Shown here: one piece after another, positions 17,015 to 26,835 of the stretch
Position numbering within the stretch: the first letter of the stretch is position 1
How the letters are laid out: each line of letters opens with the position of its first letter
IMG/VR virus record: IMGVR_UViG_3300035698_004130
Span: 38,678-102,677 of that record
From: a virus
Reading direction: 5' to 3' (one strand)
Length of the DNA stretch: 64,000 nucleotides
Position numbers and translations under genes: made by a program
The notes under the pieces: generated by a model
The model's database searches: none
Told to the model about the DNA's origin: nothing
Seen by the model: only the letters and a program-made list of their open reading frames with translations

Positions 17015-19015
17015 TTATCCGTTAATTGTTGCTGACTGATTCGTTAGATTAACTTCGAACACAATAGATTCAGCAGCCTTTGTTGGCTTAATTGTTACTG
17101 AGCACCAAAGCTCACTTCTATCTACTCTCAGTCCGGTATTTGTAGTGCTATCACACTTCACATCCCCTTGGACAATAGCTCTTCGGGCTAGAAGGTCATT
17201 AAGGAATGGTCTAAGTGCTTCTTCAACTTGTTCCCACGTAAACTGATCGTTAGGTTCATGCTGGAATGGCTTACCAAGTCTAAGGAGAACCTTTCTTAGG
17301 TAAATCATAAGTCTACGAACGTTAACTCTATCCAAGGCAGTTGGGTTTCTCTGAGCAGTCTTCTGGCCACCAATGATAATCCCTAGCTGAGTTTCTTTTT
17401 CAATAAAGTTGATGTTGTTGGTGTAAAGAACATCCTTATCCCCTTGGTTTAGCACTACTTCAACATCACTCGGCTTGGTGAGTCTACCTCTGCGTGTTCC
17501 AGCAGGAGCAAACCATGGCTCAGATACATTGTCAGTGAATACAAACTGTCTTGCAGCAAAGATCGTTGGGTCAAACCACTCATCAGCAGCCGAGTAAGGG
17601 TTAAATACCTGCAACCATGGCCAGTATACAGCAGCGTAGGAATTGTTGATTGCAGCAGTTCTGTCCTGTCTACCATTCATCCAGTTCACAGCCTCTTGAA
17701 CCTCACTGTATCCGTAAGGAGGTGAGACAATAGCTACAAAGTTCTTTGAGCTTTCAGCAAGAGTAATAAGCGCGTTCTGAACATCCTGATGGCTAATACC
17801 AGGAATCAATGCTAGTGAGACATTAAGGGAATCATCATCAAGAGCGTAAAGACCACTCTTAGCAGCAGCAGTTCCAATTAGGGCCGCTCTGTCGTCTGAA
17901 TCACTTGTTTCCGTAGTTGAGTAACCACTTTCTCCCCCAGCGAATGAGAAGGTGCCTTCCAACATCCTAACAAATCTAGGGGTTGCAAACGGATGAGCAA
18001 CACCTGCTGCATCTACGAATGTTGCATCTGCTAGAAGTGACTCACCAAACTGATCGGGAACACCCGATGTGAATGATACCCCCTCATTAAATATTTCCGA
18101 GTATAGGTAATCAGACTTATTGTTAGTATCGTGATTAACAAGAAGGAACTCAATGGATGCAGGACTAGAAGGACTAAGCTCAACACTAAATGTTTCCTTA
18201 GCTGATCCCTCACTGTTAATAGACAGCTTATCTCTACTTGAATTGTTGGTAACTTCCACTGACATACCTTGGACGGAGCCATCTCTTAGAGAGCTTAGGT
18301 TGTATCCTTCCCCAGGGTATACTGACGAGAACTTTACGACCATAGAAGATGCTGAAGATCCAGATGCAGTTGCTTCGCTTGCTCCACCACTTACTATGGA
18401 GCTAACATCCACAGAACCAAATAACCATGGGGAAGCTCCCGATAAAGTTAAGGTAGCACCAGAGCCAGCATACTTGCTAGCAATAAAGGTCATTCCAGAG
18501 GGGTCTGTGTAGGAGAAGATATCCTGGGTCCCAAGAAGATCAGTTCCTAAGCTAGCAGCAATGATTGCAGCAGATGTAGTGATTCCTGTTGAGGAAGTTA
18601 GTGTAATAACCTGGGAAGTGACCTTAGTTACCCCTGCGTTGTTTACGACAGTGTATGCGAATGAGCTAGGTAAAACTGGATCGTAAGATGCGACTGATAA
18701 GGTTGGGCAAGCTCCCACAGGTCCGTTTGCAACAGCAGATGAAAGTGAAGATGCCGTTCCAACTCTAACGAAGTATACTTGGTTAGTTGCTTCTAGAACT
18801 TCTAATGCACCTTCAAGCCCTTGTCCAGGGATTGCGGTCTTAGGTTGTCCAAACTTCTTAAGTAAGTTTTCTTGGGAAGTAGATAGAGTTGCGACATTAA
18901 GTGGTCCCTTGTCAGCAAAGCCGACGATTCCAACCACGCTAGACTCCACATTAGGAGTATAGATTGATTGGTCATTCTCTAATACGACTACAGATGGGCT
19001 TGCAGGTAATGCCAT
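17015..19015 (-). CDS. gp18: Contractile tail sheath protein (gp18-like)
   Basis: SPSVVVLE, GFADKGP, YWPW, PWFAPAG..RG, GQKT, LDRVNVRRL, EPND..TW. Confidence 0.95.
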   Translation of the reverse strand: MALPASPSVVVLENDQSIYTPNVESSVVGIVGFADKGPLNVATLSTSQENLLKKFGQPKTAIPGQGLEGALEVLEATNQVYFVRVGTASSLSSAVANGPVGACPTLSVASYDPVLPSSFAYTVVNNAGVTKVTSQVITLTSSTGITTSAAIIAASLGTDLLGTQDIFSYTDPSGMTFIASKYAGSGATLTLSGASPWLFGSVDVSSIVSGGASEATASGSSASSMVVKFSSVYPGEGYNLSSLRDGSVQGMSVEVTNNSSRDKLSINSEGSAKETFSVELSPSSPASIEFLLVNHDTNNKSDYLYSEIFNEGVSFTSGVPDQFGESLLADATFVDAAGVAHPFATPRFVRMLEGTFSFAGGESGYSTTETSDSDDRAALIGTAAAKSGLYALDDDSLNVSLALIPGISHQDVQNALITLAESSKNFVAIVSPPYGYSEVQEAVNWMNGRQDRTAAINNSYAAVYWPWLQVFNPYSAADEWFDPTIFAARQFVFTDNVSEPWFAPAGTRRGRLTKPSDVEVVLNQGDKDVLYTNNINFIEKETQLGIIIGGQKTAQRNPTALDRVNVRRLMIYLRKVLLRLGKPFQHEPNDQFTWEQVEEALRPFLNDLLARRAIVQGDVKCDSTTNTGLRVDRSELWCSVTIKPTKAAESIVFEVNLTNQSATING

Positions 19016-19017
19016 AA

Positions 19018-19266
19018 TTATTTCTTGGTGTTAGTGTCTTTCTTTAGGAAAGTTGATGGTGGGGTCACGTTAACTGGTTTAATGTCAGGAGTGACCTTAA
19101 TAACCCTTACAATCCTTCTAGCTATTAGGTTGTTTAAAATCCTACTTGAGTAGTTATCTGGGATGCTTACTGAAGCTTTTGCCCTCAGAAAGATCGATAC
19201 TTGCCCAGTTGGCGTATCAAAATACACACTGTGGCTCTGTAAACTAGTGTTTTGGATTAATCTCAT
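19018..19266 (-). CDS. hypothetical protein
   Basis: Likely start MRLIQN at 19266 with AGGAG RBS and GTAAATA upstream. Confidence 0.65.
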   Translation of the reverse strand: MRLIQNTSLQSHSVYFDTPTGQVSIFLRAKASVSIPDNYSSRILNNLIARRIVRVIKVTPDIKPVNVTPPSTFLKKDTNTKK

Positions 19267-19333
19267 ATAAATAGCTCCTACTGTATTTACATTCAACACA
19301 GACGATTGTAAGTTAAAAACATAGTTGGTATTG

Positions 19334-20434
19334 CTAGAGAATTTCTTTAACAGAGACATTATCAATAACACAGGCTTTAAGTCCTGTGGAGAGGGGTCTA
19401 ATTTGTAAGTCTAAAGCTGTGCCTGTAAAGGTTTGGGAATAAGATCCCGCAGTCGAGACACTATTACCACCGGATCCTAAGCCTATATGGAGAGTGTCTG
19501 AGATTGAAACTACATCAAAACTTACATAATAAGTCTTTGAATCATCAATAGTGAGTGGGTAACGCATGTAGGACCAATCCACTTGATTGGCGAAGCTTCC
19601 CTCATTTCCAATAATGGTTAGATTTGAATTACCATTATTACTAACCCAATTATTGGTTGCAGTAGCAAAATCACCATTTACCACCATCTCAGGGCCAAGA
19701 GTATCTGCTACACTAATATCTTCCACAGGTGCTTCATCCACAGGGTATTCCACCTCTCCACTGTCAATAGTAACACTATGCACAAATCTCTCAATCTTAC
19801 CTGTGCTGGTGTATCTGAACTTGGGCATTGGAATGTAAGTCTCAACACTTAGAGTAAAGGATTTCTGAATGATTCTGTCTTCTTTATCATTGGCTGACAT
19901 AGATCCCATATCACTATCCCCGCTCTCAATGAATACCTTAGTGTAATCAGAGAATTTAGTTCTTAGATTTAAGGCTGGGTTGAACATGGTGAAGATGGTT
20001 GATCTAATCATATCCATGTCTGCCTTATACTTCGACCAGATACTGATCTCGTAGGTAAGGTTCACTGCTCTTGGGGAAAGGCTTAGGATTCTAACTGCCT
20101 TTTGTGCGACGGGATCCCAGTAGGATTCGTTGATTAGAACATTATGGTCACGTTGTCTGTCTTCAGCGATAGTTGTAGCTTTCTCTGATACTGATACGAT
20201 GGGTAAGATAAGAGTGTTGTCTTGCTTTAGCTTGCCAACCATTCTCTCCTGATCTCCATGCACACAAGTAATCTGTAGTCTGTTTCCGTTACCGTCGATA
20301 TAAAATATGTTTCCAAAGACACTAAGAAGTTCTCTTAGTGTCTCTCTGTAGATATTATGGATAGTTGGTTGCAACTTGTTAGTTGACATCTCAATGATCT
20401 GATTCTTAACCTGAAAGTCTTGGGGAGCTTGCAT
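19334..20434 (-). CDS. Tail terminator/sheath stabiliser (gp15-like) with C-terminal beta-sandwich domain
   Basis: LPIVSV, NLTYEISIWSKY..DMD, F.LSVETY; position after gp13/gp14; C-terminal VNGDF...W...IDNVSVKE. Confidence 0.7.
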   Translation of the reverse strand: MQAPQDFQVKNQIIEMSTNKLQPTIHNIYRETLRELLSVFGNIFYIDGNGNRLQITCVHGDQERMVGKLKQDNTLILPIVSVSEKATTIAEDRQRDHNVLINESYWDPVAQKAVRILSLSPRAVNLTYEISIWSKYKADMDMIRSTIFTMFNPALNLRTKFSDYTKVFIESGDSDMGSMSANDKEDRIIQKSFTLSVETYIPMPKFRYTSTGKIERFVHSVTIDSGEVEYPVDEAPVEDISVADTLGPEMVVNGDFATATNNWVSNNGNSNLTIIGNEGSFANQVDWSYMRYPLTIDDSKTYYVSFDVVSISDTLHIGLGSGGNSVSTAGSYSQTFTGTALDLQIRPLSTGLKACVIDNVSVKEIL

Positions 20435-20982
20435 TAGATTTTGCCTCCAACCTTATCAGACGTATCGAAGTAGGCTTCATTATGAATATCCTGGGTATCT
20501 CTTAGCACGGTTGCGTGAACCATTAGGTGATATACGCCGTAAGCTTCAAAGCTATCTTCTTGGACTTCGTGAACTTGGTATTTGATATCTTGGAACTCAG
20601 GCTCCAATACATCTCCAATGATGATCTCTCTACCTAGATTCTGTTCCACATAGGTCTTGTTGAATATAAATAGTTGGTCGTTCTGAACCTCCACACCAAA
20701 TTGGGTAAGGTTCTCTTCAATTGGTCTTGGGTCGTAGTGAGCCCATAGGGAAATTGCTTGAGGGGCTATGGTCTTCTGTCTAGACTCCATGTAAACATCA
20801 TCCACATCATTAGATTTCATGAACTTGTATACTTTGATCTTGGATCCAGACAGCTTAATATTCTCGTTATCAATTCTATTAAATAGATTCTTATCATCCT
20901 TCTTGTTGTATAGGGATAAGATAGACTCCTTAGCAGAGTCTTTTAGTGGATCTAACGAACTGTTAACCTTGAATCTTGCCAT
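20434..20982 (-). CDS. Neck/head-closure protein (gp14-like)
   Basis: DDVYME, LTQFG, GDVLE, YQVHEV; synteny with gp13 and gp15. Confidence 0.72.
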   Translation of the reverse strand: MARFKVNSSLDPLKDSAKESILSLYNKKDDKNLFNRIDNENIKLSGSKIKVYKFMKSNDVDDVYMESRQKTIAPQAISLWAHYDPRPIEENLTQFGVEVQNDQLFIFNKTYVEQNLGREIIIGDVLEPEFQDIKYQVHEVQEDSFEAYGVYHLMVHATVLRDTQDIHNEAYFDTSDKVGGKI

Positions 20983-20984
20983 AA

Positions 20985-21848
20985 TTAGCCAACGATGAAT
21001 AGAGGTGGACCTTCAAGAGCATCCGATAGTTCTTCTTTAAGTAGAGCCTTCTCTTCTCTTGATTCAGCTAGTAGGAGTTCACCATCTAGCTTTGATCCTC
21101 CTGATGGGCCTGGAAGGACAGCATACTTGGATCTAACTCTTCCTAGGATTTCCTTCGATAGGCATAGAGCGTATCTTTGGATCCAATTCTTATACAGTGG
21201 ATGTATGGTTTCAGCGTCTAAGGCACGGAATTCTAGGATGACACCTTCATTATTACTAGGCATCGGCCAGATTTGCAGATACTTACCGTTTACTATCTGC
21301 CATGAGGAACCTTGTCCCAACACTCTACTAATCTGTTTCAAGTATTGCTGTGTCAGGAGATACTCACTAACATTGTAGTTATTAAACAATCCTGTATTGG
21401 TGAAGAACATGATGGCGAAATCATATTCTAGTGATCCTGGGGAAGCTCCTAAGTTGAAAAGTTGGTTTCTATACCAAACGTCATTCAAGCCATTTGCAAC
21501 TTCTGGAGGAAGCTCATACATATTGATGTTTGCAGAGGTGTAAAATACTGCATACTGTGTCATCCAGTTAGGAGCACGGTATTCAAGATTCGAGATAGCT
21601 TCATCAATACATGTCTCCAGTTGGAAAGGAGTTAATTCCACATCAATGGTAGGAGCACCTAACCTTCCTAGGATAAAGTCCTTTACAGATCTTTCAAAGG
21701 GCTTCCATTCATCTCCCTCATTTAAGTCTTTATCATTGAGACCTAGACCATTTGGCTCAGGAGGGGTGTAATCATTTAGCTTCTCTCCTCCAAATGTTCC
21801 GTAAGACGAGCCATAGCGAGTGATTGTGGGTATTCCGATATCAGACAT
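20985..21848 (-). CDS. gp13: Neck protein (gp13-like)
   Basis: LGAPTIDVELT..QL..CIDEA; WIQRYAL.LSKEILGRVRSKY...P..G..LDG..L..E. Confidence 0.9.
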   Translation of the reverse strand: MSDIGIPTITRYGSSYGTFGGEKLNDYTPPEPNGLGLNDKDLNEGDEWKPFERSVKDFILGRLGAPTIDVELTPFQLETCIDEAISNLEYRAPNWMTQYAVFYTSANINMYELPPEVANGLNDVWYRNQLFNLGASPGSLEYDFAIMFFTNTGLFNNYNVSEYLLTQQYLKQISRVLGQGSSWQIVNGKYLQIWPMPSNNEGVILEFRALDAETIHPLYKNWIQRYALCLSKEILGRVRSKYAVLPGPSGGSKLDGELLLAESREEKALLKEELSDALEGPPLFIVG

Positions 21849-21886
21849 TTGTAACCTTTAGTGTAGTAGTATCTACTATAGAAATG

Positions 21887-21920
21887 AAAATGGAGATCAG
21901 ATTAATCTGATCTCCATTTT
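21887..21920. terminator. terminator after major capsid gene (perfect 34-bp palindrome)
   Basis: AAAATGGAGATCAGATTAATCTGATCTCCATTTT. Confidence 0.75.
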
Positions 21921-21944
21921 CCATTTTAGCTTCTAGGCTAAGGA

Positions 21945-23543
21945 TTAGTATCCAGCATTTCCGCCGTAATACTTGGTGTTCCTGAACACTTCCTTCGTGA
22001 TGAAGTCCGATCCGGCTCCAACAAGTCGAATGACTCTGTAGAATCGTGATGCCGGTTGAATGGCAACCTTTCCGTAACGAGTCAGGATACCCTTTCTCGG
22101 TTGGAACGACTCAGGGTCAACAACCTTATCTAGTGGCATGATTGGAACGTATGGGCAGTAGAACAGTCCTGCATCCATTGGGCCGTTGCCCTTGTATCCA
22201 ACAATGATTTCGTCTTCAGGGAACATCGGATCCACAATGAGATCATACTTGCCCATGAACTTACCAGTGTAGCTGATTTGCTGGCCGTTGTTTGTCGTTG
22301 GACTCCAATCTCTTGGAATACCACCTTCAAGCTTGGCAGCAGATTCTAGCAGCGTAGCGATCAACGGTGAGGTGATGATTACGCAACCAGGACCACGCAG
22401 CGTAGTTCTGTAGATATCTTGGCTAGCGAAGTTAATCAGTGCCAGGACATTCGAGTATAGGTGGCCAAGGTGTTGTGGAGCAAAGTTTGTGGCAGTGCTT
22501 GCGAACCGGCCAAGATCCATAACGTATACATTGGAGCCACTAGTGTTAGCGGATTCTCCAGCTAGGTCAGAGTGGAAATCGTAGTTGAATGCTCCGGGAA
22601 CGAATCCTTCGGAAGTTTGACTTGGACCTCTACCACCGATCTCTGGGAATGCATCAGCACCACCATTGAAGAGTGAACGGAGATACCATCCACCAAGGGG
22701 GTTACCGTGTTGCGTTTCGAATCCATAAGCAATCATTCGAATGTCTTCGATAAGCTCACGGTCGATTTCTAGGTTCATTTCCTTCGACAGAAGATCCGTT
22801 AGCTCGGCTTCCATGTCTAGGTTATGATATGCCTTCAAGTCTTGAGCAGCTTCAAGAGTCCAAAGGGCTCTCATCTTACGCTCACGAGCTTGCACAGTCT
22901 GCTTCTGAATGTGCATTGTAACTTCTGGAATACCAGTAGTTGCAAGGCGTTCAGCAGCAGATACATTCCATCCAAGAGTAGTCGTGCTATCAGGCCACGA
23001 TGCTAGTTTACCACCATAAGTAGTCGAAGGTGAACCATGAGTGTCACTGATAACGTTGGAAAGGTCGAAACCTTGTGTTCCAGAGAAATCAGAGTATGCA
23101 AGGGAGTCGTTCGTTCCCGCACCAAACGTTCCTTGTGCTCCAGGTCCAGACACTGATCCGATAGGACCAGCGGCAAGGCCGAGTGGCGTGATCTTGAACT
23201 GAGAATACATCGTCTCAACATTGTCTCCGTATGCACGGGAGTTACCCATGTAGAAGATCTGTGAAACAGGTCCATCCATTGCTTGAGTAGCACCAATCTT
23301 ATTAAAGATCAATTCTGGATACATTCTACGAATCATGGGGAATGCCCACTTTTGGAATGTTCCAATCTTACCCACAGTCGTTGCCCCAGCACCGATAGCT
23401 TCTTCGTTTAGCTTCGAGTTCTGGTTGACAAATTCTTTTGCCTGATTATCCATCAGACGAGCGGTTTGGTAAGCTACGCTTTGGTCGGTAATCCCTTCCA
23501 GTAGCTTTTCCCAACGCTTCATTAATCCTGCTCTATCAGTCAT
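21945..23543 (-). CDS. gp23: Major capsid protein (gp23-like)
   Basis: PMIRR, Q.M.GP, V.AR.RKMRA.WTLEAAQDL.A.H..D.EAEL, EIDRE, GYKG...DAGLFYCPYVP, SFQP..G..TRYG. Confidence 0.97.
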   Translation of the reverse strand: MTDRAGLMKRWEKLLEGITDQSVAYQTARLMDNQAKEFVNQNSKLNEEAIGAGATTVGKIGTFQKWAFPMIRRMYPELIFNKIGATQAMDGPVSQIFYMGNSRAYGDNVETMYSQFKITPLGLAAGPIGSVSGPGAQGTFGAGTNDSLAYSDFSGTQGFDLSNVISDTHGSPSTTYGGKLASWPDSTTTLGWNVSAAERLATTGIPEVTMHIQKQTVQARERKMRALWTLEAAQDLKAYHNLDMEAELTDLLSKEMNLEIDRELIEDIRMIAYGFETQHGNPLGGWYLRSLFNGGADAFPEIGGRGPSQTSEGFVPGAFNYDFHSDLAGESANTSGSNVYVMDLGRFASTATNFAPQHLGHLYSNVLALINFASQDIYRTTLRGPGCVIITSPLIATLLESAAKLEGGIPRDWSPTTNNGQQISYTGKFMGKYDLIVDPMFPEDEIIVGYKGNGPMDAGLFYCPYVPIMPLDKVVDPESFQPRKGILTRYGKVAIQPASRFYRVIRLVGAGSDFITKEVFRNTKYYGGNAGY

Positions 23544-23544
23544 A

Positions 23545-24192
23545 TTAGTTCTTTAAACCTTTAAGTTTATCTAATACACGTTGGTCAACCCAAGGGTTAT
23601 CGCCTGCGTGATTCTCATTCAATTTGTTACTTTCCTCTTCATCAACGACGAAGTTTTCTTGGCTAATAACAAGTGCCGTATCCGAAAAGTTTCGACCTTT
23701 CGATTCTGAGAGTCTTTCCAGATCCTCATTTGTGTCTTCTAGTTGTTCTTCCAAACGGGTGCTCTTATCTACAGCAACCTTAACTTGGCTCTTCAACTTA
23801 ACGTTATCCTTCAGTAGCTTGTTAACTTGCTCTAAAAGAACGTCGTTCTTATGCTCAAGTGACTCACCTAGTGAAGCAAGGATTCCCATCCCAGTGATTT
23901 CATCTTCAGTTGTGTTCTCTACTGCAAACATTGATCTTACTGTTTCAAACATTTGAGCGTTTCTGTAGACTGGATTCTCTAGCTCAAGCTCCTTAATGGC
24001 TTGCTCCTTCAACTTATCGATGTTACCTCTAATGAAGTATGATACCTTGTTCGTGAGGTCAGCTTTGGCTTCCTGCACTTTCTGCTTAATAGTGACCGAC
24101 AGTAATTCCGCAATCTTTTCAAGGGTTGACTCATCCATCCCCTCAGGTAAATGATCTGCGATACTCTCGATTACATCTTTCTTTTTGCCCAT
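23545..24192 (-). CDS. Prohead core/scaffold protein (gp22-like)
   Basis: Acidic coiled coil between protease and major capsid genes. Confidence 0.75.
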   Translation of the reverse strand: MGKKKDVIESIADHLPEGMDESTLEKIAELLSVTIKQKVQEAKADLTNKVSYFIRGNIDKLKEQAIKELELENPVYRNAQMFETVRSMFAVENTTEDEITGMGILASLGESLEHKNDVLLEQVNKLLKDNVKLKSQVKVAVDKSTRLEEQLEDTNEDLERLSESKGRNFSDTALVISQENFVVDEEESNKLNENHAGDNPWVDQRVLDKLKGLKN

Positions 24193-24264
24193 ATTGACCT
24201 CTGTTGTATGATTATCTATATAGCCTCTTATCGAAAAGGCTATTCTTTTTGTTTTTTGTAACGA

Positions 24265-26034
24265 TTAGGTAGGAATAAACTTCTTTTTCTTACGTTTGTT
24301 AGCTTTCATTAGGGAAGCTGCTGACTTTTCCATTGAATCTCGGTTAGCTCTACCCTGCCTGGAAGCAGCTTTATTACCTGCTCTAAGCATTGCTGACAGC
24401 CCAGATCCCTTGTTATGCTTCTTTTGTGCTGTTTCAGCGTCCCCGACTCTACTCCCAGGATGTTTCCCTGAACCTATCGTCCCTTTAGCGGCTTGCTTTG
24501 CTCCCTGGCGTGATTCCCATCCACTTTTCTTAATCTTATTAGCAGCTTTGGTAGCTCCTTCAATTACTTGTAATAGGGATTCATGAGCCTTGCTTAACGC
24601 ACGACCTTTATTAAGTTGTTCTGCTCTCTGTCCATCACGCCTTCTTCCAACTGCGCTCTTTTCGGTAGAGTGTGCTTCAGCCTTTGCCCTTGCAATGTTA
24701 GATGTTTTAGTTCCGGGTGCTCTAGTTGCTGAATCTCTGGTGTTATAATTCTTTAGAAACTTATTGGTAGTTTTTACTCTACCTGCTTCATAAAGGGCTA
24801 TTAGAGAGGTTACAAAGGCTTCGTTGACGCCTGCGCCGAATGCATTATTCTTATTGGGTTTTGGCTTGATGTATTTTGGTTTGGCATTAACGCCTGCTCC
24901 AAAGTGGCTGTTAGCCTTTGCTTGAGCTTGCTTTGCGGCATGACGCTTTTCCGCATAGATATTAGCAGCCTTTCTAGCTCTCCCTGTTCGTCTATCACTA
25001 GCACTTGCAGGAGGAGTTCTCCTAACCTTCTTTACAGATGGCTTAGGTGCTGATTGCTTAACATCCGCCTTGGAAGCTGCACGCTTTTGGATGAAATCAC
25101 TAGTTGTTGTGATACCCTTCTTAATTCCAGATCCTGCTGCTCCAGCGGCTCTTCCTAGTTTTCTAGCAATTCCACCATCACTATTTGGTTTGGTAGTTCC
25201 AGACTTTTGCATTCCAGAACGAGCAGCACCAATTGTTTTTCCTGCGGAATGTGCAGCCCACTTAGCCGCCTTTCCAAGCCCAGACTTTACTTTAGGTGCA
25301 GCGAAGTTGCCAAAATCCTTTAGATTCTTTCCGGCTCTTTTACCCGCCCAACTAGCAGCCTTTCCGATAGCTTTTCCAACGCCTCTTGCACCCTTTTTAG
25401 CCATATCACCAAAGGCACCCTCATCAAGGTCTTCCCCTAGTGCTTCATTGATCTTTTGCTTAAGCATCGTCATTGCGATTTGCTCTCTTCGCATTCTCGA
25501 TACGATAGCTTGGGCCTTCTGACTGTTTAACTTAACAGATTCTGTTAGGCTGGGGTAGGCTCCGTGAGTTGATGGGTCTGATACAAGGTCAAACGTTAGA
25601 AGCTTAAAGTCTTCATTAACGGTCTTATACTTTGCACCTTCTGATAGGGTTCCCAAACCTCTACTTGAAATACCAATTTTAACTCCATCATTGATAAGAG
25701 CTTGAACGATCTTTCCACTAGGTGTAGAAAGGATCTCACACTCTCCAATAACGTCACCATTAGACTTAACTTCTAGGTTAGTGATAAGGTGGGATGCTTG
25801 GGAGAGTTGGATCTCATCATTTAGTGGATGATCCAATGCACCTACTAACGAGCGTGATTTAATCTTCTCGTTGAGGTTCTTTACTTGAGATTCCAATACC
25901 TTTCTTGGGTAGACTCGGTTGTTATTGTTAGCCTCGTCACACTTTTGGAACTTACCGGAAAGAATCATCTTCTTCTGCCCAGACTTGCTCTCGGTAACTC
26001 TAGCTTCTAATACGGAATACTCAACTAATAGCAT
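24265..26034 (-). CDS. gp21: Prohead protease (gp21-like) with long basic C-terminal extension
   Basis: G.FQ....N.NNRVYP, GALDHP, SHLIT, TPSG, GISSRGLG, DF.L.TFDLVSDPS; about 400 extra K/A/G-rich residues. Confidence 0.92.
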   Translation of the reverse strand: MLLVEYSVLEARVTESKSGQKKMILSGKFQKCDEANNNNRVYPRKVLESQVKNLNEKIKSRSLVGALDHPLNDEIQLSQASHLITNLEVKSNGDVIGECEILSTPSGKIVQALINDGVKIGISSRGLGTLSEGAKYKTVNEDFKLLTFDLVSDPSTHGAYPSLTESVKLNSQKAQAIVSRMRREQIAMTMLKQKINEALGEDLDEGAFGDMAKKGARGVGKAIGKAASWAGKRAGKNLKDFGNFAAPKVKSGLGKAAKWAAHSAGKTIGAARSGMQKSGTTKPNSDGGIARKLGRAAGAAGSGIKKGITTTSDFIQKRAASKADVKQSAPKPSVKKVRRTPPASASDRRTGRARKAANIYAEKRHAAKQAQAKANSHFGAGVNAKPKYIKPKPNKNNAFGAGVNEAFVTSLIALYEAGRVKTTNKFLKNYNTRDSATRAPGTKTSNIARAKAEAHSTEKSAVGRRRDGQRAEQLNKGRALSKAHESLLQVIEGATKAANKIKKSGWESRQGAKQAAKGTIGSGKHPGSRVGDAETAQKKHNKGSGLSAMLRAGNKAASRQGRANRDSMEKSAASLMKANKRKKKKFIPT

Positions 26035-26438
26035 TATTGTTTTTTACCTTTCTTCCAGAATTGGTCACTGGAGAACTTCTTAGACTTACTCTTCCCATGT
26101 CTTACCATGGTTCTTACAGAAAACTTCTTAACGTCTCCAAAGTCCGATGGGATTGTTCCCGAACTGAATCCCTTAGCAACTCTGCCCGAAACTGATTGAG
26201 CGTCATCCTTGCCCCACTTTCTCTTAGTGATTACATATAGACGATCTGACGACTTGGTTGAAAAGATTTGACCTACGAATCCATTTTTCAGTGCATCCAT
26301 AATGGACTTGTAAATATGAACCCTAGCCTTACTAGCGTTTGAATGCCCCTTTCCAGTAGTCTTCATTTTACTTCGACCAGCCTGTGAACCTTGTCCAGAG
26401 GATGCTCTTGTTTCCGAGATTAGCTTAAGTAGATCCAC
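26034..26438 (-). CDS. basic hypothetical head protein
   Basis: MDLLKLISE leader followed by a K/R-rich body; in head module. Confidence 0.65.
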   Translation of the reverse strand: MDLLKLISETRASSGQGSQAGRSKMKTTGKGHSNASKARVHIYKSIMDALKNGFVGQIFSTKSSDRLYVITKRKWGKDDAQSVSGRVAKGFSSGTIPSDFGDVKKFSVRTMVRHGKSKSKKFSSDQFWKKGKKQ

Positions 26439-26835
26439 GTTTCTTTATTCTCTTTTTCTTCCGAACTGGTGCTGTATTGACTCCAATCATTCCAACTGTT
26501 GTCATCTCAGCAATAGTTTCTCTTGCTTCCTTAAGGAGTGCTGTCAGCTTTACAATTAAAGAATTAACCTTGGCTTCCATAACCTTTTTAGGGTCCCCCT
26601 TAGGATTTGCTCTGGGGACTTCCTTTAGTGCTGGCTCTATGCCCTCATTAACAGGATCATTAGCCAAAGCAAAGTTCACAAAATTCTCGACAAGTGCGTC
26701 AGATAGCACTACTCCTCTAATATCATCCATTTGCACAGGAATAGCTCTCGCTCCTGTGGGCACTGTTTCATTGCTCATGCCAGCGAAGATATCTTCAGTG
26801 GCGGATAGCAAGTCATTATGATTCAGATTAGTCAT
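26425..26835 (-). CDS. hypothetical prohead protein
   Basis: In head module; IAEMTTVGMIG motif and basic tail; likely start at 26835. Confidence 0.6.
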   Translation of the reverse strand: MTNLNHNDLLSATEDIFAGMSNETVPTGARAIPVQMDDIRGVVLSDALVENFVNFALANDPVNEGIEPALKEVPRANPKGDPKKVMEAKVNSLIVKLTALLKEARETIAEMTTVGMIGVNTAPVRKKKRIKKRGST

